A DNA stretch of 64,000 bases from Pseudomonadota bacterium (GTDB taxonomy: Bacteria > Pseudomonadota > Gammaproteobacteria > Burkholderiales > Thiobacillaceae). The stretch spans positions 19,054 to 83,053 of the forward strand of contig JBFMHC010000015.1 in NCBI GenBank assembly GCA_040751755.1. The letters run 5' to 3'. Every line of letters begins with the position of its first letter. Positions within the stretch are counted from its first letter, which is position 1. Below, in pieces: positions 30,227 to 41,858 of the stretch. Position numbers and translations under genes: made by a program. Below the pieces are notes generated by a model. That model saw only the letters and a program-made list of their open reading frames with translations, ran no database searches and had not been told where the DNA came from.

Positions 30227-30252
30227 TGGCACTCGCCAGGGATGAGTGCTAA
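30226..30252 (+). promoter_or_regulatory. CIRCE operator (HrcA site)
   Basis: TTGGCACTC-GCCAGGGAT-GAGTGCTAA against the consensus TTAGCACTC-N9-GAGTGCTAA (one mismatch). It lies about 50 nt upstream of groES. Confidence 0.85.
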
Positions 30253-30304
30253 CACACATCCCGATGGACCCCTGTTTTCACACGGATTCCTTTAGGAGGA
30301 AAGC

Positions 30305-30595
30305 ATGAAAATCCGTCCGTTGCATGACCGCGTCATCGTCAAGCGCATGGAAGAAGAGCGCAAGACCGCTTCCGGCATCGTGATCCCCGACACCGCCACC
30401 GAAAAACCCGATCAAGGCGAGGTCGTGGCCGTGGGCCCCGGCAAGCGTGACGACAGCGGCAAGCTGATCGCCATGGATGTGAAGGTGGGCGACCGCGTGT
30501 TGTTCGGCAAGTACGCCGGCCAGACCGTCAAGGTCGAAGGCAACGAACTCCTCGTCATGCGCGAGGAAGACATCATGGGCGTCGTCGAGAAGTAA
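30305..30595 (+). CDS. groES: co-chaperonin GroES
   Basis: [31 protein letters not shown]..., 96 aa. Confidence 0.98.
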   Translation: MKIRPLHDRVIVKRMEEERKTASGIVIPDTATEKPDQGEVVAVGPGKRDDSGKLIAMDVKVGDRVLFGKYAGQTVKVEGNELLVMREEDIMGVVEK

Positions 30596-30632
30596 TTCTC
30601 CGCCCCACTACGAACCCGAATCCAAGGAGTAA

Positions 30633-32282
<1,650 letters not shown>

Positions 32283-32326
32283 TCCGGAATCCCGCCGAAC
32301 GGACCGGCCTGCCCGGTCCGACACGC

Positions 32327-32352
32327 AAAACCCCGCCGCGGCGGGGTTTTTT
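32327..32352 (+). terminator. rho-independent terminator after groEL
   Basis: AAAACCCCGCCGCGGCGGGGTTTTTT. Confidence 0.85.
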
Positions 32353-32427
32353 CATGCCCCGGCCAAACCACGGTCTGGAGTACGGGGCCAGCCGTTATAA
32401 TTCCGCCGCTAAACACGTGTTGCCGCC

Positions 32428-34164
32428 ATGACCGCCTATTCCGACCCCAAATCCCATCTCGTCGCCCTGTTCCAGACCGCCGTCAGCCAGATCGCGCCCG
32501 AGGCGCGACTGGCGATCGACCTGGACCGGCCGAAGCAGGCCAGCCACGGCGACTTCGCCTGCAACGCGGCGATGCAGCTCGCCAAGTCCATGAAGCGCAA
32601 CCCGCGCGAGGTGGCGCAGGCCCTGCTGGACGCCCTGCCTGCAAGCGCGATGGTGGCGAAGGCGGAGATCGCCGGCCCCGGCTTCATCAACGTGTTCCTC
32701 AAACCCGCCGCCTGGCAGGCCCTGGCCCCGCACGTGCTGCGGGCCGGCGCCGGCTTCGGGCGCCTCGACCTGGGCAAGGGCGAGAAGATCCAGGTGGAGT
32801 TCGTCTCCGCCAACCCCACCGGCCCGCTGCACGTGGGCCACGGCCGCGGCGCGGCCTTCGGCGCCAGCCTCGCCAACGTGCTGGAGGCGGCCGGCTACGA
32901 CGTGCACCGGGAGTATTACGTCAACGACGCGGGCCGGCAGATGGACATCCTCGCCGTCTCCACCTGGTTGCGCTACCTGGAGCTGTGCAACGAGTTCGTG
33001 CCCTTCCCCGGCAACGCCTACCAGGGCGGCTACGTGCGCACCATGGCCGACAGCATCTACGCCCTGCACGGCGAGCGCTACAAGCGCAGCGCCGCCGAGG
33101 TCACGCACAAGGTGCCGGACGCCGCCAGCCAGCCCGAGGAGCACCTCGACGCCCTGATCGCAAACGCCAAGCAGCTGCTCGGCGCGGACTACGGCTACAT
33201 CCACGGCACCGCCCTGGAGGAGCAACTGGGCGACGGCCGCAACGACCTGACCGAGTTCGGCGTGGTGTTCGACACCTGGTTCTCGGAGAAGACCCTGCAC
33301 GAGTCCGGCATGATCGACCGCGCCGTGGAGGCCCTGCAGAGGCACGGCCACCTCTACGAACAGGATGGCGCCCTGTGGTTCCGCTCCACCGGCTTCGGTG
33401 ACGAGAAGGACCGCGTGGTGCGGCGCGACAACGGCATCTACACCTACTTCGCCGCCGACATCGCCTACCACCTGAACAAGTTCGAGCGCGGCTTCTCGCG
33501 CGTCATCGACGTCTGGGGCGCCGACCACCACGGCTACATCCCGCGTGTGAAGGGCGCGCTCACCGCCGCCGGCATGGACGCGGAGCGCCTGGTGGTCGCC
33601 CTGGTGCAGTTCGCGGTGCTCTACCGCAACGGCCAGAAGGCCTCCATGTCCACCCGCGCCGGCGAGTACGTGACCCTGCGCGACCTGCGCGCCGAGGTGG
33701 GCAACGACGCCGCGCGCTTCTTCTACGTGCTGCGCAAGTCCGACCAGCATCTGGACTTCGACCTCGACCTGGCGAAGAGCCAGAGCAACGACAACCCGGT
33801 GTACTACATCCAGTACGCCCACGCCCGCGTCTCCAGCGTGCTCAACAGCTGGGGTGGCCTGGAGGCGGACCTGCTGGACGCCGACGTGGCCCGCCTGGAA
33901 CACCCGCAGGAGATCGCGCTGCTCAAGCGCCTGGCCGAATATCCCGAGATCGTCGCCGCCGCGGCACGCGACTACGCCCCGCACCTGGTCGCCTACTACC
34001 TCAAGGACCTCGCCGCCGACCTGCACGGCCTGTACGTCGCCTGCCAGTTCCTGGTGGAGGATGAAGCGCTGAAGAACGCGCGCCTGCTGCTGATCGCCGC
34101 CACCCGCCAGGTCCTGCGCGAGGGCCTGCGCATGCTGGGCGTCTCCGCGCCGGAGAAGATGTAA
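32428..34164 (+). CDS. argS: arginine--tRNA ligase
   Basis: 578 aa. HIGH-type motif SANPTGPLHVGHGR, the MSTR motif (KASMSTRAGE) and the C-terminal anticodon-binding DALR domain. Confidence 0.95.
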   Translation: MTAYSDPKSHLVALFQTAVSQIAPEARLAIDLDRPKQASHGDFACNAAMQLAKSMKRNPREVAQALLDALPASAMVAKAEIAGPGFINVFLKPAAWQALAPHVLRAGAGFGRLDLGKGEKIQVEFVSANPTGPLHVGHGRGAAFGASLANVLEAAGYDVHREYYVNDAGRQMDILAVSTWLRYLELCNEFVPFPGNAYQGGYVRTMADSIYALHGERYKRSAAEVTHKVPDAASQPEEHLDALIANAKQLLGADYGYIHGTALEEQLGDGRNDLTEFGVVFDTWFSEKTLHESGMIDRAVEALQRHGHLYEQDGALWFRSTGFGDEKDRVVRRDNGIYTYFAADIAYHLNKFERGFSRVIDVWGADHHGYIPRVKGALTAAGMDAERLVVALVQFAVLYRNGQKASMSTRAGEYVTLRDLRAEVGNDAARFFYVLRKSDQHLDFDLDLAKSQSNDNPVYYIQYAHARVSSVLNSWGGLEADLLDADVARLEHPQEIALLKRLAEYPEIVAAAARDYAPHLVAYYLKDLAADLHGLYVACQFLVEDEALKNARLLLIAATRQVLREGLRMLGVSAPEKM

Positions 34165-34168
34165 CCCG

Positions 34169-34831
34169 ATGGGGCGACGCGAAGGCAAGCCGGCCCGGCG
34201 CGATGCCGGCCAAGCCGCCCGCAAGGGGGGTGGCATGTTCACCGGCCTGTTGATCGGCCTCGGCATCGGCATGGCCACGGCGGCCGCACTGGCCTGGTAC
34301 TTCAACATGGGCAGCGCCTCGCTCAAGCCGGTGGAGGCCAGACCCGAGCCGCCCAAGGCCACCCCGCCCGCCCGCCAGGCCGAAGCGCCGAGGAGTGAAG
34401 CGACGCAAGCGGCCGAAGTGGCCGAGGCACCGGCGCCGGCCACGCAGCCCCCCGCCCCGCAGGCCAGGCCGAAAGCCGCACCGCCCACGCAAGCCGCCGC
34501 CGCGCCGAAGCCGCGCATCAACTACACCTTCTACGGCATCCTGCCCGGCGACGAACCCGCCACCCCGGTCGAGCCCGCGCCGTCCAAGGAGACCTGGTGG
34601 CTGCAGGTGGCCGCCCTGAGCGACCGGGCGAAGGCCGAACAGATCCGCGCCAAGCTGGTCATGCTCAACCTGCGCGCCAGCACGCAGAAGATCGACAACA
34701 AGGGTCAACCGCTCTATCGCATCCGCGTTGGTCCCTACAAGCGTGAGGACGACGCCTTCGGCGACCTGGACACGCTCAGCGAGAACAATTTCTACGCACG
34801 CCTTCTCAAAGACACCGGCAATTCACAGTAA
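34169..34831 (+). CDS. SPOR-domain cell-division protein (FtsN-like)
   Basis: Basic N-terminus, one TM helix (MFTGLLIGLGIGMATAAALAWYF), an Ala/Pro-rich linker, and a C-terminal SPOR domain (WWLQVAALSDRAKAEQIRAKL...YRIRVGPY). Confidence 0.8.
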   Translation: MGRREGKPARRDAGQAARKGGGMFTGLLIGLGIGMATAAALAWYFNMGSASLKPVEARPEPPKATPPARQAEAPRSEATQAAEVAEAPAPATQPPAPQARPKAAPPTQAAAAPKPRINYTFYGILPGDEPATPVEPAPSKETWWLQVAALSDRAKAEQIRAKLVMLNLRASTQKIDNKGQPLYRIRVGPYKREDDAFGDLDTLSENNFYARLLKDTGNSQ

Positions 34832-34841
34832 GGAGCCTTCC

Positions 34842-35483
34842 ATGCGCAAGCTTGTCGCCGCCCTCGGCCTGACCCTGCCGCTGCTCGTCGGCACCCCCAC
34901 CGCCTCTGCCGTCGATGCCGGCATCGACTACCTCGAGGTCAGCCCCAAACAGCGCACCGACGTCAAACCGCAGCAGGTCGAGGTGCTGGAATTCTTCTGG
35001 TATCGCTGCCCCCACTACTACAAACTCGAGCCGGAGCTCAACGCCTGGGCCAAAAAGCTGCCCGCCAACGTGGTGCTGCGGCGCGTGCCCGGCATCCTCA
35101 ACGACAGCTGGGTGCCCCTGACCAAGGCCTACTACGCGCTGGAGGCGGTCGGCCTGGTGGAGAAACTGCACGGCGAGGCATTCAAGGCCATCCACGAGCA
35201 GGGCATCGACCTCAACAACCCGCAGGTCTTCCTCGACTGGGCCGCCGGCAAGGGCGCGGATCGCAAGCAGTTGGAGGCCGCCTACAACTCCTTCGGCGTC
35301 AACAGCAAGGTCATGCGCGCCAAGCAGTTGACGCAGGCCTACAAGCTCACCGGCGTGCCCGGCTTCGCCGTCGACGGCAAGTACACCACCTCCGCCTACA
35401 TGACCGGCAGCCACGCCAAGCTGTTCGAGGCCCTGGACGAGCTCATCGCCAAGGAACTCAAGGCGAAGGGCCAGAAACGCTGA
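34842..35483 (+). CDS. dsbA: DsbA-family thioredoxin-fold protein with a CPHY (not CPHC) active-site motif
   Basis: AAGGAG RBS, signal peptide MRKLVAALGLTLPLLVGTPTASA, FFWYRCPHYYKLEP, and the cis-Pro loop TGVPGFAV. The only Cys in the protein is C56. Confidence 0.8.
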   Translation: MRKLVAALGLTLPLLVGTPTASAVDAGIDYLEVSPKQRTDVKPQQVEVLEFFWYRCPHYYKLEPELNAWAKKLPANVVLRRVPGILNDSWVPLTKAYYALEAVGLVEKLHGEAFKAIHEQGIDLNNPQVFLDWAAGKGADRKQLEAAYNSFGVNSKVMRAKQLTQAYKLTGVPGFAVDGKYTTSAYMTGSHAKLFEALDELIAKELKAKGQKR

Positions 35484-35491
35484 CCCTCCCC

Positions 35492-35576
35492 GCCCGGATG
35501 GTGAAATTGGTAGACACAAGGGACTTAAAATCCCTCGGCGCAAGCCGTACCGGTTCGATCCCGGTTCCGGGCACCA
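35492..35576 (+). tRNA. tRNA-Leu (anticodon TAA)
   Basis: GCCCGGA acceptor, AGGGA-CTTAAAA-TCCCT anticodon arm, long variable arm, ACCGG-TTCGATC-CCGGT T-arm, CCA encoded. Confidence 0.95.
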
Positions 35577-35603
35577 CCCGATAGTCCAACCGCCCGCCCG
35601 CGC

Positions 35604-36158
35604 TCAGAACGACGGCGGGCTGCAGGAACTGACCAAAGTGCAGGGCTGCGCGCCGACGGTGCGGAAGCGGTGCGGCTGGCGGCTGTTGAAGTAGTAGGCG
35701 TCGCCGGGGCCGAGGATGCGGGTCAGCTCGCCCACCGTCACCTCCAGCTGGCCGCTCAGGATCACCCCGCCCTCCTCGCCCTCGTGGCGCAGCATCAGGG
35801 TGCCGGTGTCGGCACCCGGCTCGTAACGCTCGAACAATATCTGCAGCACGTGACCGAGGCGCGCCGCGCCGATCTGGCGGTAGGAGATGCCCTCGCCGCC
35901 GCTGATCTCGGTGAGGTCGGCGGCGCGGTAGAAGACCTCGCTCTCGGCCGGCGGCAGCTCATCCGAGAAGAACTCCGCCAGGGTCATGGGGATGCCGGCG
36001 AGGATGCGCTTCAGGGCGCTCACCGAGGGGCTGGTCCGCCCGGATTCGATCAGCGAGATGGTGGCGTGCGCCACCCCCGCGCGTTTCGCCAGGGCGCGCT
36101 GCGACAGCTGATGGCGCAGGCGCACCAGGCGCAGCCGGAACCCCACTTCCTGATCCAT
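35604..36158 (-). CDS. XRE-HTH + cupin transcriptional regulator (PuuR-like)
   Basis: The N-terminal HTH_3 is LRLVRLRHQLSQRALAKRAGVAHATISLIESGRTSPSVSALKRIL and the C-terminal cupin is HEGEEGGVILSGQLEVTVG...GDAYYF....PHRF. It is divergent from the transaminase/mmsA pair. Confidence 0.8.
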   Translation of the reverse strand: MDQEVGFRLRLVRLRHQLSQRALAKRAGVAHATISLIESGRTSPSVSALKRILAGIPMTLAEFFSDELPPAESEVFYRAADLTEISGGEGISYRQIGAARLGHVLQILFERYEPGADTGTLMLRHEGEEGGVILSGQLEVTVGELTRILGPGDAYYFNSRQPHRFRTVGAQPCTLVSSCSPPSF

Positions 36159-36312
36159 GTTCGACCCCGTTTGTTAATGGCGTTAAACATTCAATAACAC
36201 TCGCGCCGGCGACTCAAGCAGAAACATGGGGTTAAGCCGCGCGAGATACAGACTTGACTGCAATTCCTGAACGTTCCGACACTGCCAGCCGTCATCGCAC
36301 CCGGAGCGCCCC

Positions 36313-39257
<2,945 letters not shown>

Positions 39258-39263
39258 GGGGGG

Positions 39264-39294
39264 CACTTCCTGCCCGCTTTGGGGGCAGGAAGTG
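39264..39294. other. 12-bp perfect hairpin between convergent operons
   Basis: CACTTCCTGCCC-GCTTTGG-GGGCAGGAAGTG, 7 nt after the mmsA stop. There is no U-tract on either side, so its terminator function is uncertain. Confidence 0.4.
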
Positions 39295-39339
39295 GGGCAA
39301 GTTCACTTTATGGCTTCAGCACGCCTTGAATTCGAGGTT

Positions 39340-39792
39340 TCAGTTTTCAATGCGTTTGCTGTAGGCAAGGAAAAGATCATCCCTGACCCATCCCAAGGAT
39401 TCGTAGACGGCCTGTGCGGGAAGATTTGTCCGGGCCGTCGTGAGGTCCATCCTGGCCATGCCGTGCTCGGTGGCAATCCGCTCGGCAGCGTGCAGCAGGA
39501 CTTTGGCGACACCTGAACGTCTGGCTTCCTGGATCACGAACAAATCGTAAAGCGCATAGATCGGCTTTGCCTCGACGGAGCAGAAGCTGGGATACAGCTG
39601 GCAGAAACCGTTCACCCGCCCGGTTTCGTCCGCGGACAGGACGATGACAGACTCGTTGTTCTGGATGCGGTCGCGGATAAACCGTGTGGCCAAGTCCAGG
39701 TTCGGTGGTTGTTCATAGAACTGCCGGTACGCATCGAAGAGTTGCGCAATGACATCGAGGTCATCCATCCCTGCGACTCGGGCCGTGTTCAT
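39340..39792 (-). CDS. GNAT family N-acetyltransferase (low-GC islet)
   Basis: ATG at 39792, 150 aa. The acetyl-CoA motif A region is LFVIQEARRSGVAKVLLHAAERIATEHG, followed by NLPAQAVYESLGW. Local G+C is visibly below the flanks. Confidence 0.8.
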   Translation of the reverse strand: MNTARVAGMDDLDVIAQLFDAYRQFYEQPPNLDLATRFIRDRIQNNESVIVLSADETGRVNGFCQLYPSFCSVEAKPIYALYDLFVIQEARRSGVAKVLLHAAERIATEHGMARMDLTTARTNLPAQAVYESLGWVRDDLFLAYSKRIEN

Positions 39793-39835
39793 GATGAACT
39801 GCTGTCGCTGTCGCCCACGATATTCGTCGGCCCGG

Positions 39836-40105
39836 TTACTCGCCGAACTCTTCCGTCGTGCGGACGGCCTGGGGACATTGCTCATCCAGGGAATGACGGT
39901 ATCTGATGCAACCGCGCATGAACTGCGGCCAGTCCGGCACCTCCGGAACCTGCATCGTTTTCTCGGGAAGCAACGCCCACAGGTCCGGATGGTGCCAGCA
40001 CAGATCGTGGCCAGTACAGTCCCGATGCGCACGAATCCCCGCCCGGAGTCTTTTGATCTCGTCGATCAATTGCTCGCGGGACATCTCATCAATATCGTCA
40101 TCCAT
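39836..40105 (-). CDS. small hypothetical protein (89 aa, Cys/His-rich)
   Basis: ATG at 40105 with an AAGGAGG RBS 6 nt upstream. MDDDIDEMSREQLIDEIKRLRAGIRAHRDCTGHDLCWHHPDLW...GCIRYRHSLDEQC. I recognise no family. Confidence 0.5.
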   Translation of the reverse strand: MDDDIDEMSREQLIDEIKRLRAGIRAHRDCTGHDLCWHHPDLWALLPEKTMQVPEVPDWPQFMRGCIRYRHSLDEQCPQAVRTTEEFGE

Positions 40106-40142
40106 GTTCGGGCCCTCCTTTGTCGACACCGGTTCGCCGGCC

Positions 40143-40475
40143 TCAATCAATCGCGCTGCCGGACCACAGATTGATCACCAGCACCCCTGCCAGGATCAGC
40201 CCGATGCCGATGATCGCCGGGGTATCCAGGCTCTGCTTGAAGTAGAAGAAGCCGATCAGTGCGAGGAGGACGATGCCCACGCCCGACCACACGGCGTAGA
40301 CGATGCCGACCGGGATGGTACGCAGGGTGAGCGAGAGCAGGTAGAAGGACACCGCGTAGCTCACCACCACCACCAGCGAGGGCAACAGGCGCGTGAAGCC
40401 CTCGGCGGACTTGAGGGCGCTGGTGCCGATCACCTCGGTGACGATGGCGATGCCCAGGTAGAGCCAGTTGTGCAT
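40143..40475 (-). CDS. SMR-family (EmrE/MdtJI-like) small multidrug/polyamine exporter
   Basis: ATG at 40475, 110 aa, four helices. The essential Glu14 sits in IVTEVIGTSALK, and the W-G motif is VYAVWSGVG. Confidence 0.85.
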   Translation of the reverse strand: MHNWLYLGIAIVTEVIGTSALKSAEGFTRLLPSLVVVVSYAVSFYLLSLTLRTIPVGIVYAVWSGVGIVLLALIGFFYFKQSLDTPAIIGIGLILAGVLVINLWSGSAID

Positions 40476-40486
40476 GGCGGGCGGCG

Positions 40487-41857
40487 TCAGGGCCAGGTGA
40501 GGTAGCGCCGGTATTCCCAGTCGCTCACCGAGCGGCAGTAGTCCACCCACTCCGGGCGCTTGGTGGCGAGGAACTCGGCGACGAAGTCGGCGCCGATCGC
40601 CTCGCCCAGCGCAGCATCGGCCGCCAGGGCGTCCAGGGCCTCGCCCAGGGTCTGCGGCAGGGTGGCCACACCGCGCTCGGCGAAGTGTTCCTCCGGCCAC
40701 TCGTACAGGTCCTCGTCGATCGGCGCCGGGGCCTGCAGGCCCTGCTCCACGCCATCGAGCATGGCGGCGATGGCGGAGGCGAGCGCCAGGTAGATGTTGC
40801 AGCTGCCGTCGGTGAGCCGGAACTCGATGCGCCCGCCGGTGACGCGCGCCACCGTGGTGCGGTTGTTGTCGCCCCAGGCGATGTGCGCGGGCGCCCAGGT
40901 GGTGCCGGAGAGCGAGCGCCCCACCACCAGGCGCTTGTAGGAGTTGACGCTGGGGGCGTGCAGGGCGGCCAGGGCCGGGCCGTGCGCGAGCAGGCCGGCG
41001 ATGCACTGGCGGCCGGTTTCCGACAGACCGTGGGAGTCGGTCTGGTCGGCCATCACCGCGCGGCCGTCCCGGTCGCTCAGGGACAGGTGCATGTGCAGGC
41101 CGCTGCCCGGCCGGTCGGCGAAGGGCTTGGGCATCAGGCTGAACAGCAGCCCCGCCTCCTCGGCGATGTGGTGCGCCGCCATCTTGAACAGGATGAAGCG
41201 GTCCGCCGCCGTGAGGGCGTCGGCGTAGTGGTAGTTGAGCTCGTACTGGCCGCTGGCGTCCTCGTGGTCGATCTGGAACACGTCGAAGCCGCAGGCGTCC
41301 AGGCCCTGCTCCATGCGCCGCAGCACCTCGCGCACGCGCGCCATCGCCTTGAGGTCGTAGGAGGGCTTGTCCAGGCCGTCCTGCGCGTCGCTCGGCACCG
41401 GGCGGCCCATCCCGTCCTGGTGGACGAGGAAGAACTCCGGCTCGATGCCGACGTTGAGGGTCCAGCCTCGCTGGGCCAGGCGCGCGATCTGGCGCTTCAA
41501 CAGGCGGCGCGAGCAGCGGCCGAAGGGCTCGCCCGCGACCACGCCGTCGCAGGCGATGCGCGCGTAGCCCGGCATCCATGGCAGGGCCTGCAGGGTGTCG
41601 AGGTCGCCGCGCCCGTAGAACTCGGAGCTCGCGCCATTGCGCGGCAGGCCCAGGCCCCAGATGGACGGGCCGGCGAAACCGACGCCCGCGCCGACGATGT
41701 CGTCGAGGTGGGCGAGCGGGATGTACTTGCCCTTGGCCGAGCCGTGGATGTCCACGAACTGGGCGATCACCGTGTGCACGCCGGCCTCTGCGAGACGCTG
41801 GCGCGCGGCCTCGACCGCCTGGGCGAAGGGCTGCATGGCGGCAGTGGGAGCATTCAT
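40487..41857 (-). CDS. glutamine synthetase family protein (gamma-glutamyl-amine synthetase-like, second paralogue)
   Basis: 456 aa. GIEPEFFL, DHEDASGQYELNY, KPFADRPGSGLHMHLSL, NSYKRL, and a R..E..R.D motif region. The start is 1 nt after the gabT stop. Confidence 0.8.
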   Translation of the reverse strand: MNAPTAAMQPFAQAVEAARQRLAEAGVHTVIAQFVDIHGSAKGKYIPLAHLDDIVGAGVGFAGPSIWGLGLPRNGASSEFYGRGDLDTLQALPWMPGYARIACDGVVAGEPFGRCSRRLLKRQIARLAQRGWTLNVGIEPEFFLVHQDGMGRPVPSDAQDGLDKPSYDLKAMARVREVLRRMEQGLDACGFDVFQIDHEDASGQYELNYHYADALTAADRFILFKMAAHHIAEEAGLLFSLMPKPFADRPGSGLHMHLSLSDRDGRAVMADQTDSHGLSETGRQCIAGLLAHGPALAALHAPSVNSYKRLVVGRSLSGTTWAPAHIAWGDNNRTTVARVTGGRIEFRLTDGSCNIYLALASAIAAMLDGVEQGLQAPAPIDEDLYEWPEEHFAERGVATLPQTLGEALDALAADAALGEAIGADFVAEFLATKRPEWVDYCRSVSDWEYRRYLTWP

Positions 41858-41858
41858 G

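Noticed and set aside
32395-34521. A 708-aa minus-strand ORF. Similar long antisense or alternate-frame ORFs occur at 12391-13974, 14021-15286, 16527-17615, 25037-26539, 30573-32324, 36292-37737, 37710-39266, 43160-44899, 46274-47758, 55788-57275, 57533-59068 and 59016-60608.
   Set aside because: Each one overlaps a confidently identified gene on the other strand or in another frame (argS, HK, RR/MarR, CPA2, DUF2863, groEL, the transaminase, mmsA and others). None has recognisable motifs. Stop codons are rare in a genome of about 67% GC, so ORFs like these are expected.
36159-36312. The imperfect palindrome TGTTAATGGCGTTAAACA in the PuuR-like / transaminase divergent region as the operator.
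   Set aside because: The arms are short (6-7 bp) and imperfect, and I cannot compare them with a validated site from memory. The evidence is too weak to call.
39264-39294. The 12-bp perfect hairpin after mmsA as a bidirectional intrinsic terminator.
   Set aside because: Neither strand has a U-tract after the stem. I keep it as a hairpin of uncertain role (possibly Rho-assisted, or a processing or stability element) rather than calling it a terminator.
39340-40105. The small ORF plus GNAT pair as a GNAT-type toxin-antitoxin module (TacAT/AtaRT-like).
   Set aside because: The gene order and sizes are superficially right, and the pair sits in a low-GC islet. However, the small protein shows no RHH/DUF1778-like features that I can see. 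The GNAT resembles ordinary small acetyltransferases. The genes are separated by 43 nt rather than overlapping, and both are co-transcribed with an SMR exporter. I consider TA unlikely, though only an HMM search can exclude it.
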